From Squalus acanthias (Eukaryota), in the NCBI GenBank assembly GCA_030390025.1, contig CM059432.1, forward strand, positions 49,602,001 through 49,666,000: a stretch of DNA of 64,000 bases, read 5' to 3'. The notes under the pieces were generated by a model, which worked only from the letters and a program-made list of their open reading frames with translations, did no database searches and was not told the DNA's origin. The stretch's first letter is position 1. The number at the start of each line of letters is the position of its first letter. Positions 1 to 11,739 of the stretch are shown here, piece by piece. The translations under genes and the position numbers were made by a program.

Positions 1-465
1 TTTAGTCTGTCCCTTATGTTCATGATGTATAAGAAGAAGGTAGGCAGTGGGATGTCTGCTTGGATTGATTCAGTACAGAGCAGCTTTTTAGCAAGATTAA
101 CTCAAAATTGAACACTAGGACAATTTTTTTTTCTGTATCAAAAGAAATTTCCGTATCAAAAGAAATTGTCAGTGTAACTCTTGGCACTCAAGGAGGTATG
201 TCATGGTAGATAGAAATTATGTAAATATAGGATACTGTGTTATAAGGTAGCAAAAAGAAACAGGGTTCTGGTGAAAAACTAATACAAAAGATAGTAAACA
301 AAGGAAGTGGGGACTGGTAGTTAAAGTGCGAGAGAAAGATAATGGCCCAAAATTTGCGGTCCTGATGACAGTGAACTGGCAGTGTTTGCCATCATTTCAC
401 CTTTGAAACTGACGGCAACTTCAGGATTTAGTGCAAGCGCAGCCTAACGCAGAAATCCTGAAGTT

Positions 466-3400
466 TAAAAAAAATTCATTTATGGGATGTGGGCGTCGCT
501 GGCAAGACCAGCATTTATTGCCCATCCCTAATTGCCCTTGAGAAGGTGGTGGTGAGCTGCTTTCTTGAACCACTGCAGTCCATGTGATGAAGCTACTCCC
601 ACAGTGCTGTTAGGTAGGGAGTTCCAGGATTTTGACCCAGCGACGATGAAGGATCGGCGATATACTTCCAAGTCAGGATGGTGTGTGACTTGGAGGGGAA
701 CTTGGAGGTGGTGGTGTTCCCATGCGTCTGCTGCCCTTGTCCTTCTAGGTGGAAGAGGTCGCGGGTTTGGGAGGTGCTGCCAAAGAAGCCTTGGCGAGTT
801 GCTGCAGTGCATCTTGCAGATGGTAAACACTGCAGCCACGGTACACCAGTGGTGGAAGGAGTGAATGTTTAAGGTGGTCGATGGGGTGCCAATCAAGCGG
901 GCTGCTTTGTCCTGGATGGTGTTGAGCTTCTTGAGTGTTGTTGGAGCTGCACTCATCCAGGCAAGTGGAGAGTATTCCATCACACTCCTGACTTGTGCCT
1001 TGTAGATGGTAGAAAGTCTTTGGGGAGTCAGGAGGTGAGACACTCGCCACAGAATACCTAGCCTCTGACCTGCTCTTGTTGCCACAGTATTTATGTGGCT
1101 GGTCCAGTTAAGTTTCTGGTCAATGGTGACCCCCAGGATGTTGATGGTGGGGGATTCGGCGATTGTAATGCCATTGAATGTCAAGGGGCGGTGGTTAGAC
1201 TCTCGCTTGTTGGAGATAGTCATTGCCTGGCACTTCTGTGGCGCGAATGTTACCTGCCACTTATCAGCCCAAGCCTGAACGTCATTCACATCTTGTTGCA
1301 TGCGGGCATGGACTGCTTCATTATCTGAGGAGTTGTGAATGGTGCTGAACACTGTGCAGTGATCAGCGAACATCCCCATTTCTGACCTTATGTTGGAGGG
1401 AAGGTCATTGATGAAGCAGCTGAAGATAGTTGGGCCTAGGACACTGCCCGGAGGAACTCCTGCAGCGATGTCCCGGGGCTGTGATGATTGACCTTCAATC
1501 ACCACAATCATCTTCCTTTGTGCTAGGTATGACTCTAGCCAGTGAAGAGTTTTCCCCCAATTCCCATTGACTTCAATTTTGCAGGGGCTCCTTCGTGCCA
1601 CACTCGCTCAAATGCTGCCTTGATGTTAAGGGCAGTCACTCTCACTCTCCTCTGGAATTCAGCTCCTTTGTCCATGTTTGGACCAAGGCTGTAATGAGGT
1701 CGGGAGCCGAGTGGTCTTGGCGGAACCCAAACTGGGCATCAGTGAGCAGGTTATTGGTGAGTAATTGCCGCGTGATAGCACTGTCGATGACACCTTCCAT
1801 CACGTTGCTGATGATTGAGAGTAGACTGATGGGGCGGTAATTGGCCTGGATTGGATTTGTCCTGCTTTTTGTGGACTGGGCAGGACATACCTGGGCAGTT
1901 TTCCACATTGTCGGATAGATGCCAGTATTGTAGCTGTACTGGAACAGCTTGGCTAGAGGCGCGGCTAGTTCTGGAGCACAAGTCTTCAGCACGATAGCCG
2001 GGATGTTGTCAAGGCCCATAGCCTTTGCTGTATCCAGTGTGCTCAGTCGTTTCTTGATATCACGTGGAGTGAATCGAATTGGCTGAAGACAGGCTTCTGT
2101 GATGGTGGGGACCTCAGGAGGAGGCCGATATTGATCAAATACTCAGCACTTCTGGCTGAAGATGGTTGCAAATGCTTCAGCCTTGTCTTTTGCACTCACG
2201 TGCTGGGCTTCACCATCATTAAGGGTGGGGATATTCATGGAGCTTCCTCCTCCCGTTAGTTGTTTAATGGTCCACCACCATTCGCGACTGGATGTGGCAG
2301 GACTGCAGAGCTTTGACCTGATCCGTTGATTGTGGGATCGCTTAGCCATGTCTAAAGCATGCTGCTTCCACTTTTTAGCATGCATGTAGTCCTGTGTTGC
2401 AGCTTCCCCAGGTTGGCACCTCATTTTTAGGTACGCCTGGTGCTGCTCCTTGCATGCTCTTCTACACTCCTTATTGAACCAGGGTTTGTCCCCTAGCTTG
2501 ATGGTAATGTTAGAGTGAGGGATATGCCTGGACATGAGGTTACAGATTGTGGTGGAATACAATTCTGCTGCTGCCCCACAGCACCTCATGGATGCCCAGT
2601 TTTGAGCTGCTAGATTTGTTCTGAATCTATCCCATTTAGCACGGTGGTAGTGCCAAACAACATGATGGAGGGTGTCCTCAATGTGAAGACAGGACTTCAT
2701 CTCCACAAGGACTGTGCGGTGGTCACTGCTACCAATACTGTCATGGACACATGCATCTGCGACACGTAGATTGGTGAGGATGAGGTCAAGTAGGTTTTTC
2801 CCCTCGTGTTGGTTCTCTCACACCTGTTGCAGGCCCAGACTGGCAGCTATGTCCTTCATGACTCGGCCAGCTGTGGTGCGACTGAGCCACTCTTAGTGAT
2901 GGTCGTAGAAGTCCCCCACGCAGAGTACATTCTGTGCCCTTGCTACTCTCAGTGCTTCTTCCAAGGGGTGTTCAACATGGCAAAGTACTGATTCATCAGC
3001 TGAGGGAGGACGGTAGGTGGTAATCAGCAGAAGATTTCCTTGCCCATGCTTGACCTGAAGCCATGAGACTTCATAGGGTCCAGAGTCAATGTTGAAGAGT
3101 CCCAGACTGTATACCACTGTGCCACCACCCCTGGTGGGTCTGTCCTGCCGGTGGGACAGGACATACCCAGGGATGGTGATGGAGGAGTCTGGGACATTGG
3201 CTGTAAGGTATGATTCTGTGAGGATGACTATGTCAGGCTGTTGCTTGACTCGTCTGTGGGACAGCTCTCCCAATTCCCAGATGTTGGTGAGGAGGACTTT
3301 GCAGGGTTGACTGAGCTGAGTGTGCCATTGCCGTGTTCGTAGCCGAGGTCGATGCTGGGTGGTCCGTCTGTTTTCATTTTTATTATTTTGTTTCGTAGCC

Positions 3401-3736
3401 ATTTGTTATAACTGAGTGGCTTGCTAGGCCATTTCAGAGGTCAGTTAAGAGTCAACCACATTGCTGTGGGTCTGGAGTCACATATAGGCCAGCCCAGGTA
3501 AGGACAGCAGATTTCCTTCCCTGAAGGACATTAGTGAACCAGATGGGTTTTTACAACAAACCAATAGTTTCATGGTCACCATTACTGATACTAGCTTTTT
3601 ACTCCAGATTTATTTAATTAACTGAATTGAAATTCCCCAGCTACCGTGGTGGGATGTGAACTCACATCTCTGGATCATTAGTCCAGGCCTCTGGATTAGT
3701 AGCCCAGTGACATTACCACAATGCTACCGTTCCATT
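466..3736 (-). mobile_element. Near full-length CR1-group LINE, ORF2 only (APE endonuclease + RT, frameshifted), with tRNA-like 5' head
   Basis: ORF pieces 2893-3402 (PDIVILTESYL endonuclease), 2143-2706, 1642-2019 (NYRPISLLS, QFGFR) and 528-1601 (GVPPGSVLGP, FADH); agtt duplicated at 462-465 and 3737-3740. Confidence 0.92.
3640..3733 (-). promoter_or_regulatory. tRNA-derived Pol III internal promoter-like head (A box / B box) of the LINE
   Basis: Minus strand reads GGTAGCATTGTGG (A-box like) ... GAGTTCACATCCC (B-box like); the related copy at 9565-9808 has TAGCCTAGTGG and GAGTTCAAATCCC. Confidence 0.7.
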
Positions 3737-4487
3737 AGTTGCGGTCTGTCATTCATTGCTCTGACACAGGCCACGCTGTGCCGTTCCACCCCCCCCCGCC
3801 AGAGAGCCGGCAGTTAGTGTAATCTGTCAAATCATGGAAACTGATGACAACTTCAGCTCTTCCATGGTAATTACACTGTTCAATTCCCCATTAAAGGTTA
3901 GACCCTTTTGGATTAGCTGTAACTGGGGTTTTAACAGCATATTGACTGATAAACAAAGGTTAGGGCCCTGAAAAACGAATTTTGATTTTGTGGAGTGTCA
4001 AATGTGTCTATTTTTTTAAAATTAAATTTTTTAAGGAACTTTAAAAAAAAATCTTTTTTTTAAAGTTTATTCATCTTTATTTCAGATTTGCCTTTTCCCC
4101 ATGTGAGAGACCCAATCTTTGTTTTTCTCTCTCTAATATTTTTTAAAAGTTAGAATCAAAGGAGCTGACCCACTTCCTGGTTCACTGTCTGTGAGAATTC
4201 TGCGTTTTGATTGGCTGCTTAGACAGCTTATTGACATCACAGCAGCTCTTCGCTGGGAATCCCCGTTAACTTCTGTTAATTTCAATTACGCGTTGGAAAA
4301 CCTGAAATCCTTGCCACAGAAATCGCGAGATCTTTGTGTGAAGCTTACTTCGGGGCCAGCAGCGAATGCCTTTGCTTCACCGCTGACCGTAAATTCCAGG
4401 CCTATTATAATATTAGGTAAAAAAAGAAGAGATTGTGTGTGCTAATAAATATATCTGTAATTTTTTTTGTGACATTGATGAAACATT

Positions 4488-5050
4488 GGGGGAAAAATTA
4501 GCTAGCGACCATTTTGTGTCGCTAACATCGCCTGGGCGCTAAATTCAGTTTTAGCGCCCCAAAAGGGAGGTGGAGCACTAATTCAAGCGCTCCACTTCCT
4601 TCTTACAGCCCTAACCCCCAATCACACTTGGGAGCTTCCCCTCATTAAAGGGGAGGGCCCAAGCCCACAACTCTGTGGGGCCCTACCTGGACCACCAAGG
4701 AGGAGAGTGCCGTGCCAGCAGCCCGGCACACAAGAGGAGTGCCAGGCTGCCAGATCGTGGCATGGACCCTGCGTTCAAAGAGGAAATGGGCAACAAGTAA
4801 GTCAGCCGATTTTTTTTCCCCCCGCCCGTCACCTCCCCTTTACTTACCGCCCCGCGAGCCTCCTGCCGCTCCGTTCCCGCCCCCTGAATCGATCGCTGTC
4901 ATCGTCGGACGCAGATTCAGAGGGTGCGGGACAATATTGCAGGCGGGGCGAAAACAGGCGCTGCGCACGGTGATGACATCGTCATCGCCAGCAGAGCGGG
5001 GCGCTACTGGTTACTGCATCCGCTAAACTCCTGCTGAATTTAGATTTCAC
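4488..5050. mobile_element. Non-autonomous Harbinger-related element, right end unclear
   Basis: Starts GGGGGAAAAATT; shares the GTGGAGC.TAA.TCAAGC subterminal motif with the ends of the elements at 23172, 44198 and 50082; CpG-rich. Confidence 0.55.
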
Positions 5051-5537
5051 CTGAGTGACTCTTCACACTCCACACTACTGGAACTCCAGAATTTGTTCAG
5101 AATTGCTTCAGGCTGCTTGAGACGGATTTTATACACTTCTTCACTGTTCTGATGTTCTGAATAGCTATGTTGAAACTTAAGACTGCCTCCTTGACCTTTT
5201 TCAAGAAGAATAGAAAAGTGAGGAAGGGATGCATCAGTGGTACGGAGCCTCGGTCAGGCTCTATCTGGAGTACTGTGTCAATTTTGGGCACAGAGCCTCA
5301 GGAAGGATATGTTGGCCTTGGAAGTGGTACAGTGCAGATTCACCATAATGATACCACAGCTTAAAGGGTTAAATTATGAGAACATATTGCATACATTTGG
5401 TTTGTATTCCTTTGAGTTTAGAAGGGTGAGACGTGATCTAATTGAGGTGTTTAAAATGATAAAGGGATATGATAGGGCAGTTACAGAGAAACTATTTCCT
5501 CTTGGGGCAAAATCTTCAAATTAGAACCACACCATTC

Positions 5538-5572
<35 letters not shown>

Positions 5573-5573
5573 C
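5538..5573. repeat. (AAC)12 microsatellite (L2 tail)
   Basis: Directly visible. Confidence 0.95.
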
Positions 5574-6485
5574 GTGTATTTATATAGCGCCTTTAACATA
5601 GTAAAACGATCCAAGGCGCTGCACAGGAGTATTTTAAGACAAAAAATTTGACACCGATCATTAGGGCAGATGACCAAAAGCTTGGTCAAAGAGGTAGGTT
5701 TTAAGGAGCATCTTAAAGGAGGAAAGAGATGTAGCAAGGTGGAGAGGTTTAGGCAGGGAATTCCAGAGCTTAGGGCCTAGGCAACAGAAGGCACGGCCAC
5801 CAATGGTTGAGCGATTATAATCAGCGATGCTCAAGAGGGCAGAATTAGAGGAGCGCAGATATCTCGGGGTGTTGTGGGGCTGGAGGAGATTACAGAGATA
5901 GGAAGGGGCGAGGCCATGGAGGGACTTGAAAACAAGGATGAGAATTTTAAAATCGAGGCGTTGCTTAACCAGGAGCCAATGTAGGTCGGCGAGCACAGGG
6001 GTGATGGGCGAACGGGACTTGGTGCGAGTTAGGACACGGACAGCCGAGTTTTGGATGACCTCAAGTTTACGTAGGGTGGAATGTGGGAGGCCAGCCAGGA
6101 GTGCGTTGGAATAGTCAAGTCTAAAGGTAACAAAGGCATGGATGAGGGTTTCAGCAGTGGATGAGCTGAGGCAAGTGCGGAGACGGGCGATGTTACGGAG
6201 GTGGAAGTAGGCGGTCTTAGTTATGCTGCGGATATGTGGTCGGAAGCTCATTTCAGGGTCAAATATGACACCAAGGTTGCGAACAGTGTGGTTCAGCATC
6301 AGAAAGATGTTAGGGAGAGGAATGGAGTCAATGGCTAGGGAACGGAGTTTGTGGCGGGGACCGAAAACAATGGCTTTGGTCTTCCCAATATTTAATTGGA
6401 GAAAATTTTTGCTCATCCAGAACAGTATGTTGGACAAGCAGTCTGACAATTTAGACACCGTGGAGGGGTCGAGAGAAGAGGTAGT
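5538..6485 (-). mobile_element. L2-clade LINE 3' portion with (GTT)n tail
   Basis: ORF 5661-6758 contains FLQLNIGKT, RNLGVIFD, RLDYSNALL and LWNSLP, typical of the L2 ORF2 C-terminus. Confidence 0.9.
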
Positions 6486-6697
6486 GAAATCAGGAAGCAC
6501 TTTTTCACACAAAGGGTAGTAAAAATCTGGAACTCTCCTTCCCAAAAGTCTGTGACGCAGAGATCGATACATTTTTGTTAGGTAAGCGTATGAAGGTATG
6601 TGGAGAAAAGGCAGGTAAATGGAGTTGAGGTACAAATCTGCATGATCAAAATGGTGGAACAGGCTTGAGGGGCCGAATTGTCTATTCCTGTTCCTAT

Positions 6698-7065
6698 GGC
6701 CTGGAAATTGTGGTCGGAAGCTTGCCGCCGGTGTACGCCTCCGAACTGAAAAAAACATACAAACTTACCTGGTGTCTCCAGAGCTTTGGACTCTTCCGGT
6801 CCTTGGCCAGCGTAATGGCCCTCGGATCCCAGGGGCGCACGCGGATCGCAAGCGTCCCTGGGATCACGTGGGCCAGGCCAACCAATCAAAAAGGTGGATT
6901 CCTATAATGCTTATGGGGAATCCATTTACATACGGAATCCCCATAACCATAACAGAAATCCCCAAATAAATAAAATTTCGCAACACTTAAATAAAAATAA
7001 ATGATCACATGTTCAAAATTAATTAAAAGACTCTTTAATTAAGCGTTTAAAATAAAAATTAAACT
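6698..7065. mobile_element. Truncated Harbinger-type MITE
   Basis: Starts GGCCTGGAAATTG; shares the GGGATCACGTG...CCAAT block and AT-rich core with the MITEs at 18903 and 59558. Confidence 0.6.
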
Positions 7066-7251
7066 GTGCAACTTCCATTGCCTGGCCTGCCCCTATGCTC
7101 ATCCCTCCATTGCTGTCTGTACTTATGTGGCCATTTTCTAAGAGCAACTTTAGAGAAAGAAGAGAATGCTCTTCTTTCAAAAATGCACATCCTGGGTTTA
7201 TACTGGATTATAAACATGATTGGAAAAATAGAGAAAGAATTGGATTATAGA

Positions 7252-7453
7252 AGCAATTAAGTGGTTGTTAAGGGCCTTAAGGGCCTATCCTGCCTCTTGG
7301 AGGCGGGATGTAAACGGGGTCTGAAACCCTGATTCTGGGAAAATTGCTCGGAGGCGGGATGGAGGCAGGATCGGGCCCGCACGCCATTTTTTACGATTTT
7401 ACCACCTCATACGCCTCCAATCCCGCCTCCTCGGCCCTGGCAAAATCGAGCCC
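7252..7453 (-). mobile_element. Solo terminal fragment of the Harbinger family at 33394
   Basis: Reverse complement closely matches 33394-33592; ends in TIR GGCAAAATCGAGCCC. Confidence 0.85.
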
Positions 7454-9224
7454 ATAGGATTTGTATATATGTTTAAAGTAAAGCAGTATACTGTATTTGG
7501 CTCAATTTTAGCAAAACTACATTCGACGGTAAAAGAATCCCAGTTAGAGTTTGGAATGTAGGTTTTGATTTACTGGTCCTGAACTATCTGTAGCCTTTCA
7601 TTAGACTAGAGAAAGAAATTAATGTGAAAGCATCAAAGCCCTCACCTTTGATTGTCAATTAAATCTAACCACATAACTCACACATTGGGATAACAGTATT
7701 TCATTATTTGCTATCTTCATATGGAGGAAAGCCTTTACCAGATCAGAAAGAACAATCTAAATTAATGCTAATGTGTGACCTCTGTTCACCTGGAAACAAA
7801 ACCCAGGCTTGATGGATATTAGTAGCACTGGTGCAGTCAGGTCTGAAGGCAGCAAGGGATGACAGACTGACAAAACTCAGTCTGATCATGGAGATAAAAG
7901 TGAGCAGAGTTAGCTGCACAGTCTTGCGACAAGTCTAGTTAGAGTATCACAGGGATATGAAAGAAGACTGGCATGGAAGATGACAGGTACCAGAGAGCTG
8001 GTCATAAATTGAGTAGAGTTATAGCAATTGAAATCTAGTTTAAAGATATATTTAACAGTTATTTCCATCTACATCCAGAGATTATGTTGTTAAACCAATA
8101 ACAAAACCTTTCTTGAATAATTTATTTTTTATATATTTCATTTAAAATTAATTCTTTTATAATATGCACCTGTTCTTTGTAATTTTCATGTCATTTTAGA
8201 ACTGCAAATTTATTCTCCCATTATGTCCTGTTGTAAAACGCATAACATTATTATCCTATCATTACATCAAAATGGGCAGACACTAACAGAATTTTCATGT
8301 TACTGCTGAACACAACTGATAATTTGCACAATACAAGAAATCGGAAATATATTTGCAAAATGCAAATGTGTGCAAGGAGCAATAATGGTAAGAATGGAGA
8401 AATGGCAAGAGTCTATAATAATGTTGTAAAAAGTAACATAGATTTTAGAGTGAGTACAATGCAGTCATTTAGTCTTGAGGACTAGGGGGCATCTCAGAGC
8501 TATGAGATCATCTGGAACCCTGGCTTAATTCAATACTTTGTTATTTGCACCATGATCATATATTATTGTTCATTTGGCACACATTATATATTAGGCTAAT
8601 TTCCATAGATTGTTAATTCAGGCATAATTCAACTTTATATTCCTGGTACAGTGGTGAAGGAAATCCTTCAACTAATACAGTCAATGAGGTTGGAAACTGA
8701 TGAAAACTGTAAGAGCTATTCTGTGCTCCTTTGATCTTTTATTCATATCATATGTCCTTTACTTGAATTAGACTGTTTCGCTCCTATCAATCTACTTATT
8801 CTCTGGTTAAATTAAAGAAATATCTTAGCTGATATATCAATTAGCAAGTAAATATGTGGAAATTTGCAAAGGCAGAGATTTATTACCTTTTAAAGTTATT
8901 AATAGTCTGTATATTTAAATTTAAATGAGTGGAAAGGCATTCTGATTAAGTCTGTAAAAAATCCTATTGCAATTCTGTGTGGAAACATTAAATTACAATA
9001 ATCCATCAGAGGTAAAGCAACACCAGATATTATGAAGCAAATCCCATTTAGCAGGAAGCATATAATACAATAAGTGATCCTATCTAATTGAATCATCTAA
9101 CATGCTTTTCAGCTACCAAACTGGTACAACTACCAAAAACAAATTTGTATCATATCCTGAGAATCACTTATGGAAGGATGTCATATTATTTCTATTTTAC
9201 TTTGCTTTCGATAAGTGTTGCTTG

Positions 9225-10084
9225 CCCTGTACAAACCCAGGCAGTGCACTCCCAAATTTACCGATGAATTCTTTGAGGTGATGGTCTGTGAAGTAAGGCA
9301 AAGGTGAGGTGCCCTGCTTGGCACTCCAGAACATCCTCCCCATAAAAGAGACGTACAAAATGGGTGGCAACACCCAGAGGACCTGGCTGCAAATGAGAAA
9401 GAAATCTGCCACGGCTATACCAAGTAATTGTTTTCTCCTATTCTTTTTAGACAGCTGCCTCATATAAACAACTGGACAATGTTATAGTTCTTTACCATGC
9501 ATAGCCATACTGCAGCAGATCACATTACTTCTTAATTTGTGGGCAATTCCTTGTTGCCTGATGGCATTAAGAGTCAACCACATAGTATGGGACTGTAGTC
9601 ACATGTAGGTCAATAGGTTAGGGTGGCAGGTTCCCCAAAAGACATTCGTAAACCAGTTAGGTTTTTTCTACAATGTGGCAGCTTTTTCATGCTAGCCCAC
9701 AAATTGCCAGATTTATTGAATTTAATTTCACAATTTACTACAGTGGGATTTGAACTCATGGCCTCTGCATCATTAGTGCTAGTTCCATAGCCACTAGGCT
9801 ACCATACCTTTGATTAACTTATAAATTAAACTCTTGCTACCTTTCCACCTTAAAGGATCTTCACACAGCAAACCTTTCTAATAAAAGCTAATTTCATTTA
9901 CTCATACACGATAGGCTGCAGAATAACCATTTGAAACTTGTAGCATCTTAAGACTGCTTTTCCAATTTCAGGATAAGATGCCTCAGAACAGGAGAGAGAA
10001 GACCCACATGCGAGTAGGTCCCTATAACTTCAATTTCTCGACTCCATTTGAAGAGGCCACACTGTAACAATTTCTGGGCTTTAG
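9225..10084 (+). pseudogene. Old Harbinger Myb/SANT gene remnant (exon 1 about 9225-9422, exon 2 about 9971-10084)
   Basis: Translates PKFTDEFFEVMVCEVRQR* ... RTWLQMRKK and, after ttcag, DKMPQNRREK...TPFEEATL*, resembling exons 1-2 of the younger copies; stops present. Confidence 0.55.
9565..9808 (-). mobile_element. tRNA-derived SINE-like copy homologous to the 5' UTR of the LINE at 466-3736
   Basis: Shares AAGAGTCAACCACA...GTCACAT.TAGG and CCAGATTTATT with 3447-3660; intact A and B boxes. Confidence 0.75.
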
Positions 10085-10814
10085 GTAATCTCTTGAGTTC
10101 AGCGTCACTGGTCACTCCTGTAAGTGGATCTTTCATCCTCTATGATAGGGAGTGCAGTTTTTATTGCCAGATGTCAAATTAAGCAGTAGCGTAACCTGGG
10201 TATTGTAATAGAGAACTCTTGCTCCACATAGCAGCACTAAATATCACATGTGCTGCTACACGCTTTCTCCTTTCTTTATAGAAGGCAAATTAAAAAGCAC
10301 TTTATTGAAATGAAGGATAACTTCAAATCAACAAACTAGTTTATTTTACATAAAATACATGAATGAACAAAGTGTAGGTTTGGCAGTGTGAACAGTCAAT
10401 TCCTGTACTGCTCGGTTATGGAGAAATAATAAAGATGCAACATTACTATTTCTCATAGGCCCAATATTTTCTAGCTAAGCTATTCCAAAACTATCTGGCC
10501 TAGGCCTACTGTTACTGCCTGCTAGGGCACTGCTTGCCTATTCGTCATCTCAGGGAGAGAGAGAGGGGGAAGGGGTGAGAATGAGAGAGAGAGAAAACAA
10601 GGCTCCCAAGTCTATGGGATCAAATATTTGGCCCACTGAGTTATCAATCAAAGTTACCACCCTGATTGAAGTGCCTCCCCTTTAATATGGGAATGCACAG
10701 CTTCCAAATATCCTCACCAGCCAAGCCGCACTAAAATAAGTGATGCCTACCCTCCTAGGTGTCAAAAAGGAACTATTTATCACATGGTGCAAAATGGTTG
10801 AGGTGATACTCAAT

Positions 10815-11399
10815 GGTCGGAATTTTAATTTGAAGGCGGGTAGGGAGCGGGTTGGCTGGAAAACGGTCAGGAAACCTGGGAGAACGGGATTCCCATAGGC
10901 CGTGAGGGGCAGATCGGAGGCCTCTGGGGGGATCGGTGGGTGGGGGGACAGATCGGAGGCCTCAAGGGGCAGATTAGAGGCCTCGGGGGAGATCTGAAGG
11001 ATCGAGGGGGTGTCTGATCGCAAAGTGTTGGCAAAGCAAGGACGCTGGATATAGTAGGTAAGTGGAAAGACACTAACCTCCTGGATCCAGCAGTCCTCGC
11101 CTTCCTTTAGCTGGTGGGTTCCCCGAAGCCCAGGAAACCCGACCAGCCAGAGTTAAATTTAAAATGGTGGATCACCATGCGGCACGCAGCCTATTTATAA
11201 TATATAAAGTGCCAACCCGCCTCCTGGGAGCCCGGTTGGCTGCCCGCTCCCCCAACCACCACCGCCCTGGACCCCCACCTCTGTTAAAACCGGATGTGGG
11301 CGAGTTGGAGGCGGGTTGGGGTTGAGATTCCGTTTTTTAACTCTTTAACCTCCCACCCGACACCAACCCACCTGATTTTTGGGGTTAAAATTCCCCCCC
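10815..11399. mobile_element. Harbinger-type MITE with internal GC-rich minisatellite
   Basis: TIRs GGTCGGAATTTTAA / TTAAAATTCCCCCCC; TSD aat; homologous to 28425-29290 in the opposite orientation. Confidence 0.85.
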
Positions 11400-11739
11400 A
11401 ATGATTCCACTTTGTTTACTAATCATCATTCCAAATTGTTATGTTAAGCAGCGGGGATTCCAGCTGTTGGTTTATTTTTGAGAAAAAGTGCTGAATTTAA
11501 TATTGCAAAAATATTAAAATTAAAATATACAAATAAAAATCCAAGCAAACCTACAAGGGAGCAGGACCCCACAACTTCAATCCCTCATCTCTATTCCAAG
11601 CAGCCAAACTGAACATCATTGCCAATGAAAGAATAAAGGGAGTGGAAGATTATAAAGCCAGAGGCATGCCCCAAGCTAAAGCTATCACCATCCTTCTCAT
11701 GTTATGTCTTCTCTCTCTCACTCACTCACTCACTCTCGT

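Larger units (their letters stand above)
344..4402. mobile_element. Harbinger-type MITE split by a LINE insertion (pieces 344-465 and 3737-4402)
   Basis: Imperfect TIRs GGCCCAAAATTTGCGGTC (344) and GACCGTAAATTCCAGGCC (to 4402); flanks aat/tat; no coding capacity. Confidence 0.75.
5200..6697 (+). mobile_element. CR1 LINE 3' fragment interrupted by an L2 copy
   Basis: ORF 5237-5524 (GLYSFEFRRVRRDLIEVFK) resumes at about 6486 (FFTQRVVKIWN-like sequence). Confidence 0.8.

Noticed and set aside
3640..3733. Functional tRNA gene
   Set aside because: Duplicated arm, no clear acceptor stem, and fused to a retroelement
9197..10136. Possible host exons with splice sites
   Set aside because: Translate to a Harbinger Myb remnant with stops
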